From NCBI RefSeq assembly GCF_009914755.1, contig NC_060940.1: a stretch of DNA of 64,000 nucleotides; one strand, given 5' to 3'. This stretch comes from the human T2T-CHM13v2.0 reference genome, Homo sapiens. Below are positions 25,927 to 41,484 of this stretch, one piece after another. The first letter of the stretch is position 1. Each line of letters begins with the position of its first letter. The position numbers and the translations under genes are program-made. The notes beneath the pieces were generated by a model. The model saw nothing but the letters and a program-made list of their open reading frames with translations, searched no databases and was not told where the DNA came from.

Positions 25927-26358
25927 TTATGATTTGATTGTGTCCCCTGAAAGATGTCAAAGTCCTAACCTCCAGCACCTGTGAATGTGCCTTTATTTGG
26001 AAATCGGATGCTCAAGTTAAGATGAGATCACTAGGGTGACCCCCCACCCCCATCTAACATGACAGTGTCCTAGTAAAAAGGTGGCATTCAGGAATAGAGA
26101 CAGGAGTGCACCCAGGGAGAACACCATGGGAAGGGGAAGGTGGTGCTGGGAGTGCAGCTGTAAGCCAAAGAATGCCAAAAATGCCCAGAAAACCCCTCTC
26201 AGCAAGGAAAGAGGCAGGGAACAGGTTCTACCTCACAGCTTTGTTAAGAGCCAGCCCTGCTAGCACGCTGAGCTCAGACTTCCGGCTCTAGAACTGTGAG
26301 ACAATACATTTCTATTGTTTAAGGCTGTGGTCCTTTGCTACAGCAGGAAGTGAGTCCA
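25927..26358 (+). mobile_element. MLT1C-like solo LTR
   Basis: aagtcctaacctccagcacctgtgaatgtgcctttatttggaaat...taagccaaagaatgcca...cagacttccggctctagaactgtgagacaatacatttctattgtttaag. Confidence 0.85.
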
Positions 26359-26484
26359 CCCCCTGACAAGTAAACCTCACACTCTGCTCCTCCTGCCAAT
26401 CCTCCCCGAGTTCTTGGGGGACCTTCACCTGGGGACCTGAGGTGCAAATCAAAGTACTTGGCCATTTAAAGTGACTGGGTAGAC

Positions 26485-26902
26485 TGACATGGGGTGCACA
26501 AGGCAGTCAATTTGGGCTATGGAAGAAGATATTATATTATTTCCTTATCAATTCCTGTTTTTGTGTATATTTTATCATGTACAAAACATTAGCATTGTAG
26601 TACATGTATGTGACTTATAAATAAACCTGTACTCATATTAAGGGGAGGTCCATGATCAATAATTATCCTGTTTCATTTCACTTTATTTATTTATTTTTTT
26701 TTGGAGGTGGAGTCTTACTCTGTTGCCCAGGTTGGAGCGCAGTAGCATAATCATAGCTCAATGCAGCCTCAAATTCCCGGGCTGAAGCAATTTTCCAACC
26801 TTGGTCTCCAGAGTAGCTGGGACTACAGTGAACCATCACACCTGGCTACTCAATAGCTTTTGACTGATAGAGGTGTGTGATCAAACAGGTGGGAGGCCAC
26901 AG
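26485..26902 (-). mobile_element. MER112-like hAT element split by Alu monomer
   Basis: ttttgtgtatattttatcatgtaca...gtagtacatgtatg...tgactgatagaggtgtgtgatcaaacaggtgggaggccac. Confidence 0.6.
26682..26847 (-). mobile_element. FRAM / Alu right-arm monomer
   Basis: Single right arm only, with T-rich tail. Confidence 0.8.
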
Positions 26903-28569
26903 TTCCAACAGAGGGAGTCAGTGCTGGAAAATTAGAACAGGTGACTCCTGGTGAGGCAGATTTCAGGTAAAAACCAGAGAAGGGATTTTAAAACTCAAAT
27001 GAGAAATCTCAGGAATGCAAAAGAAGATTCAACAAACAAAAGTTTGGCGAGGAAGTGGCAGCCCTCCCCTCACACTGCAACACAGACAGATCCTGTGCTT
27101 ACTTATGATGTCATCACACTTATCACAATTTGTAATACCCTGACCTCCTTCAGGGCAGGACCCTGATTGTCTCTCCTGGAGGTCCCCCACGCCCTTCACC
27201 ACTCCTGTCCATGGGAAGCACAGGAAGTGGACAAAGAGGCCCTACCTGGAGGGAGCTGCATTTGGCCTTGGTGGGGCCTGAGCTCTGGACCCAGAATATA
27301 AAGAATCTTTATCTTTCAGCCACCTCATCCTGACAGTGACAGGAGAACTGCCAGTCAGGGGAGGCAAAAAGGGACAGAGTGAGAGAGAAGCGAGAAGGCA
27401 GAATGCAAAGGGAGAGGTAGGTAAACAGAATGGTGCAGGAGGACGGTGTCGGAGAGGCAGAGCTAGAGATGGTCAGTGAGGGCTGACCATGGAGACTGGA
27501 AGGCAGAGCAAAACCAAGAGACAAGTTCAACACTGCCGAACGGTTGGCCATTTGGTCATACATTCTCTTTTCAGTTACGTCTAGGGCTCTGCTTCTTCAT
27601 GATTGCAATCTGTATCTTGTTCACTCATTTGAATAAACATTTTGTACAGATATTTACCCCTGGGCATTTGGAGCATTATATTATGCATCCTAGGCTGTGC
27701 CCTTGTCTTAGAAAAAGGCATCATTTTGGGGGATCCTGAGGCAACAGTCTTCAGGCTGTGGAAGGGAAACTCTGGGTGTCAGCCATGAAGCCACCCATGC
27801 AGGTGTCCTGGTCCCTCTTCCCCTGGGAAGCTGAGAGTAGACCCTCCCCCAGCAGGAGTTCTTCCTGTCCTGTAGCTGCCTTGATTCCAGGAGAGAGGAG
27901 AAAGAATGCAGAAGGGCTCAGGATGCCTCCCTTCCTCTCCTCCCTGTGTTACCATAGCATCCCGTTTCCTTGGTTACCGGTGGCCAAGGAAAGGACACTG
28001 GGTAAGTGCAGGATTTTGATGGAGCTCTCTGAAGAGAGATGTCAGCGAGGACCTTGTCTCTTTTTAAAGAACACACATTCTGAGAGGTTGCTCAAGAATG
28101 GGGGTGGGGAGAGAATGGGACTGTTCCCTATGAAGTTGGAATTTAGAAATTTCATCTCACTTGATAGAAATGAAGCACTTAAAAGACAACTCTGAGAAAT
28201 CAAAGCCAGGGAGACCTTAACCAGCTTTGCACATTGCTGGAGATTTAGAATGGGCAGGAAGACCAATATGCTAATTAAGAAATGATTTCTGCAAATGCTC
28301 ACTTTTTCTGCAAATGGCTCCTAGCTTGGATTAGCTCAGTAAATCTGGCCTGCTGCTTCCCCCGATAACTAAGCATCCATGGGGACAGTGGGGGATATGC
28401 CATTTCTGCTGTGAGCATCTTGGCATCAGCCTTGAACTTTCCCCAGAAGCCACACGAGACCTATGAAACCTCTCCAGGGATCCTTTGGGTGTTTTGTGGG
28501 TTTTCGTTGTCGTTTTTTATTTGTTTGACAACTAAATGATGTTAAAGAGAGTAGACTTCAATTCCACTC

Positions 28570-29524
28570 ATTTTAAAATTATACTTTAAGTTCTGGGGTA
28601 CATGTGCAGAATGTGCAGTTTTGTTACATAGGTATATATAGGCCATGGTGGTTTGCTGCACCTAACAACCCATCACCTACATTAGGTATTTCTTCTAATG
28701 TTATCCCTCCCTTAGCCCCCCCACACTCCAACAGGTCCTGGTGTGTGATGTTTCCCTCCCTGTGTCCATGTGTTCTCATTGTTCAACTCCCACTTATAAG
28801 TGAGAACATGTGGCGTTTGGTTTTCTGTTCTTGTGATAGTTTGCTGAGAATGATCGTTTCCAGCTTCATCCATGTCCCTGCAAAGGACATGAACTCATCC
28901 TTTTTTATAGCTGCATAGTATTCCATGATGTATATATGCCACATTTTCTTCATCCAGTCTATTATTGATGGACTTTTGGGTTGGTTCCAAGCCTTTGCTA
29001 TTGTGCATAGTGCCACAATAAACATACATTTGCATGTGTCTTTATCACACAATGATCTATAATCCTTTGGGTATATACCCAGTAATGGGATGGCTGGGTC
29101 AAATGGTATTTCTAGTTCTAGATCCTTGAGGAATTGCCACACTGTCTTCCACAGTGGTTAAACTAATTTACACTCTCACCAACAGTGTAAAAGGGTTGCT
29201 ATTTCTCCACATCCTCTCCAGCATCAATTGTTTCCTCACTTTTTAATGATCGCCATTCTAACTGGCGTGAGATGGTTATCTCATTGTGGTTTGGATCTGC
29301 ATTTCTCTAATGACCAGGGATGATGAGCATTTTTGCATATGTCTGTTGGCTGCATAAATGTCTTCTTTTGAGAAGTGTCTGTTCATATCCTTTGCCCACT
29401 TTTTGATGGGGTTGTTTGTTTTTTTCTTGTAAATTTGTTTAAGATCTTTGTAGATTCTGGATATTAGCCCTTTGTCAGATGGATAGATTGCAAAAATTTT
29501 CTCCCATTCTGTAGGCTGCCTGTT
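28570..29524 (-). mobile_element. 5'-truncated L1PA (PA7/PA8-like), ORF2 C-terminus plus 3'UTR
   Basis: ORF 28783..29142 translates to L1 ORF2 C-terminus (EIPFDPAIPLLGIYP...EYYAAIKKDEFMSFAGTWMKLETIILSKLSQEQK); 3'UTR ends attatactttaagttctggggtacatgtgcag. Confidence 0.97.
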
Positions 29525-29549
29525 AAAGGGTTAATCAAGATATTATTTT

Positions 29550-30218
29550 CCCTGATAAGTTTTTCCTGACTTCTCCACCCAAATTAGGCACCCTTCCTTA
29601 AGAACTCAAAGAGCTCCATGAATGTTTCATCACTTACTACATTGTTTACTAATTAGATGATTACTAGTCTGTTGCCTCCACCTGACTTCGGAGTTTTCTC
29701 ATTTTTATGACTTTTTCTTCAGAGTGTTTTATTTTTGGAGAAAGAGGTAACACATAAGTGTGTTTTAAAATAATTAGATCAATAGAAAGAAGTGTATAGT
29801 GAAAAGCCTCTTCAATTTGGAGACCCTCATTTCCTGTCTTCCACCCCCTGCCCAGGGGCAACCATTGTTTCAAATTCTTATGTATTCTTCTAAAGGGTTA
29901 ATGCAGAAATGAGTCATTTTTCTGCTCCCCCTCCTACTCCTCCTTGAGCCTCTATCTTCTTTCTTCCTTCTCCCTGTAACACAAATGATACAATATGACA
30001 CCCTATTTTCTCATTACTTTTAACAAAATTAATCTATGTTGAAGATATTTTCATATGAGAATGTATAGAACTGTTTTATTTTTTAAAACTGCAGCATAGC
30101 ATGCTACTGTGTGGGTCTCCCTCTGTTATCCATCCTGGGTTTCCAAAGACCCCCAGGGCAGACCCTAGTGTACAGTAGATGATCAGTAAAAATTTGTCAA
30201 ATAAATGAATGAATAAAA
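29550..30218 (+). mobile_element. L2 3' end interrupted by antisense L1ME fragment (~29720-30110)
   Basis: Terminal cagtagatgatcagtaaaaatttgtcaaataaatgaatgaat; inner ggcaaccattgtttcaaattcttatgtattcttc. Confidence 0.55.
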
Positions 30219-30966
30219 ATTCTCCATGCCAAGAGAGATTTTATTTACAGCATCAGGAATATGGAAAGATCAACTGCCTGAGCAACGTTTTTCCCCCCAA
30301 AAGTGAGATATATATGTATTTGGACAGGGTGGTGTGAAGGAATACCAGTGGACCTGCTAAGGAAAGTGAAAAAAGATCAAAAGGGCCATAAATGGAACTG
30401 GACATAAGAGCCAAGCTTGCTGGGACTTTTATTTGTATTTATTTATTTGATGACAGGTGGCCTCTCAGCTGGTGTTCTGTGGATACTGTTCATTCTTTAA
30501 AAGGGCTGGCCTTTTGAAGTGTGGGGCCTGGATTTGTTCCTTCTCTCTGTATTTTGGGGCTGGGGGCAACATGAGAGTCCTCTTTGGCTTTTGTCCCTGG
30601 CTTACTGCTAGCCCTGTGCAGCTGACAGGTTCAACATGAGGCTGAGCCCCCTGGAAAATGGTGTAGGGCATTCCAACTGGCCTTACATTTAGGGTTACTT
30701 GTAGGTGTTCCAGATGTGTGGAACTCCTGAAAATGGGACTCCCTTCTCCTACTTTCTCTCAGTACTAAAGCTAATGGTTTAGGGTGATCCATGTGCACCA
30801 TAGGTTTCCCCCTTAGAGCCTCTTGAGTTTAATCCTCACCTGTGCCTGCCATTATTGTGTGCCCACTTTGAAGCAAACACAGATATCCAGGCAGCTTGAC
30901 AGAGGCTGTGGTTGCTGCAGGAGGTGGCAGAAGGGTATGGTGTAGGAACTCAAATGAAGACTCAAT

Positions 30967-31848
<882 letters not shown>

Positions 31849-32344
31849 TGAAGACTCAATATTGGTGGTGCCTTGATAGCTGATGGAATAGGAAGGGCCT
31901 CCAGAGACTGAGCTGCCAGTTCCCCTCCCAACTCTGTTTTCACAGATGAGGTCCCATAGCTCAACAGACCTCCTTATCAAGGGACCAGAAACAGCTCCTG
32001 CTTATTCCTGTGTAGTGGGTTTCAGAGCCTTGCCAGCCCATAGAATTCAAACAAGACATCTGCCTTCTTCTGCAAGAACCGGGAGCCACCTCACCCTCTT
32101 GACACTGCAAAGGCTGCTTCTCACAGTCCCTGGCTATTCATTCATTTCTTGAGTGCAGCCCCTGTGTGGCCCTGTGTGCCATGTGGTGCCCTCTTCCTCT
32201 GGGCTGTGTGTCTATATGACTAACAAACTACTGTGAGTCATTTGTCTAGCATTGGGTGTTGTGCGTTCAGCCTTGCCCATATCCCTAGGATGGGAATTCC
32301 TCCAGCACCAATGAGGTGAACAGGAGGCTTAGAACAAATGAAGC

Positions 32345-32490
32345 CTTGTCCTGAACTCTTCCATAAATCAGTATCATCTGGGATGATTTTCAAAAGAGAA
32401 TTTCCTAGGGCTTTACACCCAAGAGATTCAGCTGGTCTGGGTTGGAGCCTAGGAATCTGCATTTAATGAGCTCAGGAGAGTCTCACTTAG
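32345..32490. mobile_element. MER5-family MITE
   Basis: atcagtatcatctgggatg...cccaagagattcagctggtctgggttggagcctaggaatctgcattt. Confidence 0.7.
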
Positions 32491-33106
32491 GCATTGAGGT
32501 CCCATGAGTTCCACATTCCCTCCTTGCAGTCTGAGTGTGGATGAAGAGGCCTGAGCTATCCTGTTCACCAGGGACGGGCAGGAAATACCACATTCCACTC
32601 CTCTTGAGTGACCTCCTCTGTTTTCCTGCTGAACTCCACCCTTGTACCTATAAACACAAATACAGGCTCACCAGCCCCATTAACCTTGGCTCTGAGGGCC
32701 AGGGATGGTAGTAGTGGAGAGCTCATGAGCTTGTCCATTTCAAACTATCCTCGAAGGTTGAGTCATGGGATTCCACTGAGCATGGAGCTCAAGGAGCTGC
32801 ATGGGAGGATGGGAGTGGGAGTGTAGGGAGGTGTGAAACACGACTGAGTTTGCAGCGTCCACTTTTTTTTCTGAAGTTCAGAAGGTACCTTGCCTGGCAG
32901 GGCCATGTGAGAAGCAGAACACCTCTCTTTCTAGGTCTCTATTAGTAGGTTGAGTCTAAGTTTATAGGGAGTCAGAGAAGAATTCAATACGTCTTAGTGA
33001 CTGGGCCTGTATATGCATTTGCTCATTCACTTCTCATATATTTATGATGTCTTTCTGTTTTCCAGGGAAGCACTGTGTCAGGTGCTGGGTAAATAGTGGT
33101 GAATAA

Positions 33107-33405
33107 GGCTAGGCATGGTGGCTCACACCTGTAGCCCTAATGCTTTGGGAAGCTGAGGTGGGAGGATTGCTTACCCCAGGAACTTGAGAACAGTCTGGCC
33201 AACATAGTGAGACCCTGTCTCTCAAAAATATAAAATTGTACCTGGGTATGGTGGTGTGTGCCTATAGTCCCAGCTACTTAGGAGGCCGAGGCAGGAGGAT
33301 CATTTGAGCCCAGGAGCTGGAGGCTGCAGTGAGCCATGATTGCACCGCTGTGCTTCAGCCTGGGAGACAGACCAAGACCCTGTCTCTAAGAAAGCACACA
33401 CACAA
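33107..33405 (+). mobile_element. AluJ
   Basis: J diagnostics; TSD aaatagtggtgaataa / aaacagcggtgactaa. Confidence 0.93.
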
Positions 33406-33549
33406 AAACAGCGGTGACTAAAACAGACATGGACTTTGCCCTGATGGGGCTTACAGATTGGTGGATGAAGACATCAAACAGAAACAAACGGAACATACTG
33501 TTGACTGATCCACGTGCTATGAAGGAAAAGGTGCTATGAGTGTACGAAG

Positions 33550-34011
33550 TCTTATTAGTTAGGATTCTTTCATTTGCTGGCAGCAGAAACTCAACTCAGA
33601 ATAGTCCAAATAGAGAAGATGAACTGGCTCAGGTAAGTGGGAAGACTAGTGGTGGCTCCAGGGAGACACCCTCCATTTCGCTGCCTTTCCTCTGTCAGCC
33701 TTCTCCTCTCAGGCTTTTCCCCGACACCAAGGTTTCTAGCAGGGCTATGGATATGTTCTTAGCGTGTGAGCCAAGGAGAAACAGAGAACTTAGCTCTCTG
33801 AAAATCCCTTTGTGAAAATCCCAGGAGAGGATTTGGCCATTAAGCAGTCACTCACCCCATCTGTGACCAAGGGGTGTGGGTAGAGAAAACTGAGATTCAA
33901 AGCCCCACCTCAGCCACAGGGACTGGGGAAGGGAGATGTCTTCAGAAATAGGGTGGTGGAAGGTGGGGAGAAGCAGTGCTGCAGACTGATAAAGACGGTA
34001 TTTGCCACACA
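33550..34011 (-). mobile_element. MLT1K/L-like LTR
   Basis: tattagttaggattctttcatttgctggcagcagaaactcaactcag...aaaatcccaggagagg...tttgccacaca. Confidence 0.65.
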
Positions 34012-34972
34012 GAGGAATCTCATTTGAATTTGGGTTGTTGGTCTGGGAAAAGCCTCTTATAGGAAGTGCTATTCAGATAGAGTTTTTCCCCACTACTTCT
34101 GAGGAGGCATAGACGCATTAGAGGTGTGAACAAGAGAGGGGACAGCACATATGAACACGTCTCTAATATCTGCAAATCTTTTAGGGAAAGGGATGTGCAA
34201 AGAGGGTTTCTAAATAACAACATGTCCAGTCAACAGCTGTTGAGCTACTCAAGGGAAACTCACCTTGAGTGGAGTGGGTTCCTCCTTCCCCAGAGAGGCA
34301 AGTGTCCTCTGTGACTGCTTCCGATGGCAGCAACTTCAACACCACATGGGGACTGAAGCTGGCATGCCTCCATCTTGGATTCATACTTGCTTTAACATTT
34401 AAAAAAATTTAACTTTTATTAAAAAGTGTAAAGGATATATACAATATACAATGTTTATCTCAGAAATAAATTAGGAAAAAATTAGATAAGCAAAAAACAA
34501 AACAAAAATTACTCTAAATCTCACTTTCCACTGGGAACATTTTAACATATAGCCTTTTATTTCTTTTTACTTTCTTCTCCTCACCTCTCCTCTCTTCTCT
34601 TCTTCTCTTTTCTTTCATTTTCTCTATCACCATATACACACACACCAATATATAGCTATACACATGCATGTATATACATATATATTTGAGTATACATAAA
34701 TACATATAAAATGGACTTATAAATTGTTCTGAAATCTGAATGACATCTTATATAAATAAGTATAGCATTATACCATCTTTTAAAGTGTCTCCATAACCTT
34801 ATGAGAAATATTCGTCTGTGGCTTTATGCTTTTGTAATACCTTCATTAAGTTATGGTATTACAGTTATGCCAGCCTTATGAACTGAGTTGGGAAATAGTA
34901 TCTCCTCCTTTATTTCCTGAGAGACTTTATATAGAATTGGTTGAATTTCTTCTTTAAAAGTTTGATAAAATT

Positions 34973-35308
<336 letters not shown>

Positions 35309-36050
35309 AAAAGTTTGATAAAATTTACCAGTGAAGCTATCTGGGCTTGGATTTTTCTTTGTGGGAAAGTATTAGAATTCAATTTCTTTAATAGATATAA
35401 GATTACTCCGATTTTCTATTTCTTTTCCTGTGAATTTTGGTAATTTTTGTCTTTGAAGGAATTTGTCCATTTCATCTATGCTTTTGAATGTATCAGCATA
35501 AAGTTGTCTATGAAATTTTCTCTTGTTATGCCTTTAATTTCTGTAGGGTCTATAGCAGTGTCTCTTCTGTCATGCTTGGTTGGTTGGATGTCTACCTCCA
35601 CCCTGCTCTCCCTAATCTCTCTCCCTATTAGTCTACCTATAGATTTATCAATTGTATTTGTCTTTCCAAATAACTGGTTGTTGGTTTTCTTGATTTCAAA
35701 ATCTTTCTTCTTTTCCAATATAAACATTTAAAAGTATAAATTTCCTTCTAAACCCTACTATAGCTGCATCACACAAATTTTGATATGTTGTGCTTTTTTA
35801 TTATAATTTAGTTTAAATACGCCTTCTGATTTTCCTTGTGACTTTTTTATTTGTAGGTGCTTTAGAAGTATTTTGTTTAATTTCCAAATATTTGGCCATT
35901 TTCCAAATATTTACTTGTTAATGATTTTTAATTTCATTTCATGTGGTCAAAGTACAGACACTGTATGATTTAATCCATTTAAATTTATGGAGAATCTTCT
36001 TTCTAATGGCCCTTAATATGGTCTATCTTGGTAAATGTTTAAAATAAGGT

Positions 36051-36332
<282 letters not shown>

Positions 36333-37299
36333 GGTAATGTGTATTCTGTGAGTCCTGGTTGTAGCGTTCTATAAATGTCGGCCAGTCAAGTTGGTTGAGA
36401 GTGTTCTTCAAGTGTTTTGTATCTTTACAGATTTTCTGTCTACTTCTATCAATTACTGAGAAAGAAGTGTTAAAATTTCCAACTATAATTGTGGATTTGT
36501 CTTTTTCACCTTTTGTTTCTGTCAGTTTTTGCTTCATGGATTTGAAATTCTGTTATTGGGTACAACTGCATTTAGGGCAGTTATTGGGGGGCATTGATTG
36601 CAATGATCATGAAACAAACCTTTTGAGGCAATGGAAATGTTTCATATTTTGATGGAGGTGGAGTACAGATCTACACACAGTGTGTGCATTTGTCAGCACT
36701 CATAGAACAGGTGGCCATGGGGTGGGAGCAGCCGCTGTGTGACAGAGGAGCAGGAAGAAGCCTCTGAGGCTGAAGTGCAGTGAGGGAGGAAAAGACCAGA
36801 GAAGAGCTGCTAGCGATGCTATCCCTTGTAGGCCAGTGTGAGAAGTTGGAGTCTCTGGTGCTCTCATGGGAACTCTGGAGGGAGAGATGAGGCAGGACAC
36901 TCATGTGTCCAATGGACCAGACTGACTGTCGTGTTTTCACTGCTTCTTCTAATGTCTTTTTGTCAGATTCTTAACAACTGGCTATGCCAATCCAACACCT
37001 TAGAAATCATTAAAAATGCACCACTAATGGAGACTGTTCCCGGGAGCAGCCTTTCTCCTGGTCTCTCTTCTCCCCTTCCCACCCATGCTATGGCCCAGAG
37101 GCAGGGCCATGGTGGCCATGGCCAGGACTATCTTGGGAGCTTTTCTGAGAATGCAGGAATCAGACTTCCTCCTCAGCAGCCAACTGTTCACTGAGCATCT
37201 CCCATGTGTGCAGCACCATGCCAGAGGCTGTGGGCAAACGAGTGGATGTTCAGGCCTCTGCCCACTTCCTAGAGGGAGCTTGGTCTAGTTATGGAGTTA

Positions 37300-37623
<324 letters not shown>

Positions 37624-38377
37624 CTAAAATCATTAATGAGTGGCATAAGGCAAGATCAAAATTCACTAATAGATTGGATGGCTAAGGAGTACAGGAGTTC
37701 AGAGACCTGATGACAGAGCAGGCTTGAATTTTGGAGTTCCTGCAGAGACCTTGACAGAAGATCCCCAAATCCAGTCCAGTTCTACCAAACCTACTGGGAG
37801 AAAACAGACACTCTTGAGTAAACCCAGTGTGGTAGCAGCTACCTCACCTGGAGCTGTGCCTGCCCCACACACTCACACACACACCCTGCCTCTTTAATAC
37901 CTGTGATCCTGGCAGACAGGATAAGTTCATAGCTGAACATTACTACTCTGACCTTTAATGTCTGCAGGTAAATAGCAGTGATCTGGATATGGGAGAGGGA
38001 GCCCTCAGCTGGAATCACACAGTTTCTAAGGACTGGCTCTGCAAGTCATGGCCTGATTTCAGTATGTTCAGAAAGCCCTTCTCTGAAGCAGCCAACCAGC
38101 CAGTAATCCAATCAGCATTTATTGAGCACCTGCTGCTTGCTTGGTGACACAGGCCTGATGTGTGTCTTCAAAGAGCTCACAGCCTACTAGGAAGGGCAGC
38201 ATGCACAGGGAACAATTACCAGGTGACAGTGGGATGGTGAAGTGTGTGGCTCCAGACCCAGGAAGTCCTGAGTCAGACCTTCCATCTCCACCATTTACTT
38301 ATGAGTTCTGGAAACCAGAATTTCCCCTTTCTGCTTTAGATTCTCATTTATAAAACAAGCACGATCATAAAATCAAT

Positions 38378-38687
<310 letters not shown>

Positions 38688-38774
38688 AAAATCTTTCTTT
38701 TGGGTTGCTGTGAGAAAGAAGCACAAGTTCTGGCAAATAGTATGCACTCCACAAATGTTAGCCTTTTACAAATA

Positions 38775-38901
38775 TAACTGTCATCCATATTAACATACTT
38801 ATTTAGATTGTCAATAATAATTGTGTTTCTTAGCGTTTTTTAAAATAATATTGCTTGTAACTGTTATCCATATTTTCATACTTATCTAGATTATCAATAA
38901 T
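38775..38901 (+). repeat. Local direct duplication, 44 bp, period 83
   Basis: 38775-38818 vs 38858-38901, 39/44 identical. Confidence 0.9.
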
Positions 38902-38944
38902 TATTTTATGTCATAGATTGGGTTAAGATGAAAATATTGATCTT

Positions 38945-39272
<328 letters not shown>

Positions 39273-39382
39273 TTACTTGCAAGTCCAGAACTCTGTGTGC
39301 TGGAGCAACTAGAGGAGGCTTTACAGAGGAGGAGTGGCCTGAGCTGGCCCTGAAAGGTGGCCAGGGTTTGGATAATCAGAGC

Positions 39383-40121
39383 TGATATAGTTTGGATGTG
39401 TGTCCCCTCCCAAATCTCCTATTGAAATGTAATCCCCAGTGTTGGAGGTGAGGCCTGGTGAGAGGCGATTGGATTATGGGGTGCATTTCCATTTCTTATG
39501 AAAATTTAGCAACATCCCTCTTGGTGCTGTTGTGGCGACAGTGAGTTCAGGTGAGATCTGGTTGTTTAAGTGTGTGGCTCCTCCCCTCTGGCTCCTGCTT
39601 TCACCATGTGACCTACCTACTGCTCTTTTGCCTTCGGCTATAATCATAGATTATATAAGATTCCTGGCCAGGCGTGGTGGCTCATGCCTGTAATCCCAGC
39701 ACTTTGGGAGGCCGAGGCAGGTGGATCATGAGGTCAGGAGATCGAGACCATCCTGGCTAACACGGTGAAACCCTGTCTCTACTAAAAAAAATACAAAAAA
39801 TTAGCTGGGCATAGTGGCAGGCGCCTGTAGTCGCAGCTACTCAGGAGGCTGAGGCAGGAGAATGGGGTGAACCCAGGAGGCGGAGCTTGCCGTGAGCCGA
39901 GATCGCACCACTGCACTCCAGCCTGGGTGACAAAGTGAGACTCTGTCTCAAAAAAAAAAAAAAAAAAAAAAAAAAGATTCCTGAGGTCTCCCCAGAAGCT
40001 GAGCAGATGCTAGCATCATCCTATACAGTCTGCAGAACTGTGAGCCAATTAGACCTCTTTTATTTATAAATTACGAGGTCTCAGGTATTTCTTTGTAGCA
40101 CTTTGAGAACCAACTAATACA
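39383..40121 (+). mobile_element. MSTB-like solo LTR split by AluY
   Basis: tgatatagtttggatgtgtgtcccc...cagaagctgagcagatgc...gcagaactgtgagccaatta...actaataca; TSD agagc/agagt. Confidence 0.9.
39666..39973 (+). mobile_element. AluY
   Basis: gagatcgagaccatcctggctaacacgg; TSD aagattcct. Confidence 0.96.
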
Positions 40122-40688
40122 AGAGTCAAGAATGGAGGGGAGGTGTCCAGATAGAGCAGAAGGACAGCTAGGATCCTGGCAGGTATGCTGTGAAGGGCCA
40201 ACTGTGAGATAATAAATGATTTTGCTTAAAGCCACTATGTTTGGGGCAATTTGTTACACATCACTGACTGACTGCTGCATCAAGTTGAGGCACAGGAAAT
40301 AAGTTACATTTGAAGATCAGAATGTGATCTCCAGCCTTTCCATCCCTGGAGAAAGGAGAAACAGGAAAGTGGTAGCTACCCAGAAGACATCATGAGGACC
40401 CTCATTGTCACTGGGGAGAAGGGTTTGATCTGAGCAAGGTGTTCAGAATGGATGACTACCAGGCTGCCTGGCATTGGGATAGAACACAAGTAGCTAATTA
40501 TAGGACACATGCGCTGTAAATGAGTTTTGTTTTGCTTTGCTTTCAATGTTTGAAAGTTGTTGTTTTTGAGACATTGCCATGATTTTGGATACAGATTTCA
40601 TATAAAAATTTAGATTTCCATCTTTTGTTTCAAAATTAGATCTGGTGACAATGTCCTGGCATCCTGGCACTCCAACATGCCACGGTCT

Positions 40689-41347
40689 TGTTATACGAAC
40701 AGGTAAGTCATCAATCTAGGTGTATGGGGAGATTTGGATATTTACAAAAGTATGAGTCTAGGGTTAAAACCAAGAAATGGTGCAGCACCCTAAAAAGAAA
40801 CAGAAGGAATGCTTACCAACCCTGGGGCTGAAGGGGCAAAGGAGGGAACAGTTACAGGAGGCCAGAGAGAGTGGTTATTGGAGAGGGCTCCCTGATAAGA
40901 GATGGGTCCTTGACAGAGTCATAGTCAACCTCAGCAACCTGGCAGAAAAGAAGCTGAGGGAATAAACATCTTGACTCACTGTCTTCCCACCCTCTGTATC
41001 TCCTGCTGGGGCCTTGCCTAGCTGAACCAGTGCTGTCCAATAGAACTTTCTGTGATGATGGAAGTGCACATCTGTACCATCCAAAACAGCAGTGCCTCGC
41101 CACTTGTGGCTATTTAGCACTTGGAATGTGGTTAGTGTGAGAGGAATGAAAATTTAAATGTTATTTAATTTTAAGTAATTTAAAATTAAATTTACATAGC
41201 CACATGTGGCTGCATTTTGTACAGCACAGGCTGAACTATCTGAAAGCCAGGGGGTTAGAGTGCCCTTAGATGCAGTCCACAAAAACTGACCTCCTGGGCG
41301 TGGAACAGAGGTGTGGGGTTAGAGGGGCAAGTGGAAGGTGTCCCACA
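40689..41347 (-). mobile_element. LTR33-like ERVL LTR
   Basis: ggctgaaggggcaaaggagggaacagttac...gggaataaacatcttgactcact...aagccaggggg...gatgcagtccac...gaggggcaagtggaagg. Confidence 0.6.
41028..41229 (+). mobile_element. MER3 hAT MITE
   Basis: cagtgctgtccaatagaactttctgtgatgatgg...tagccacatgtggct...acagcacag; flanked by gctgaac on both sides. Confidence 0.9.
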
Positions 41348-41484
41348 GCTACATCTAGCTGGAGCTGAGACTGACCTCGTTAGATGTAGCACATGCTGCT
41401 TTTCCACAGTTCTCACCCAGGTGGGGGTCACTCATGGATGTGACCTTTCTGGCTCCTGTTGGGTCCCTCACACTTGGTGAATGA

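Larger units (their letters stand above)
33015..34085 (-). mobile_element. L2 split by AluJ and MLT1 insertions
   Basis: cactgtgtcaggtgctgggtaaatagtggtgaataa [Alu] aaacagacatggactttgccctgatggggcttacaga...gtgctatgaaggaaaag [LTR] ggtctgggaaaagcctctt. Confidence 0.7.
40480..41475 (+). mobile_element. MER102-like hAT element interrupted by LTR
   Basis: gatttcatataaaaatttagatttcca...agatctggtgacaatg [insert] gctggagctgag...tcactcatggatgtgacctttctggctcctg. Confidence 0.6.

Noticed and set aside
28783-29142. 119-aa ORF with clear protein homology
   Set aside because: L1 ORF2 C-terminus of a 5'-truncated L1PA; not a host gene.
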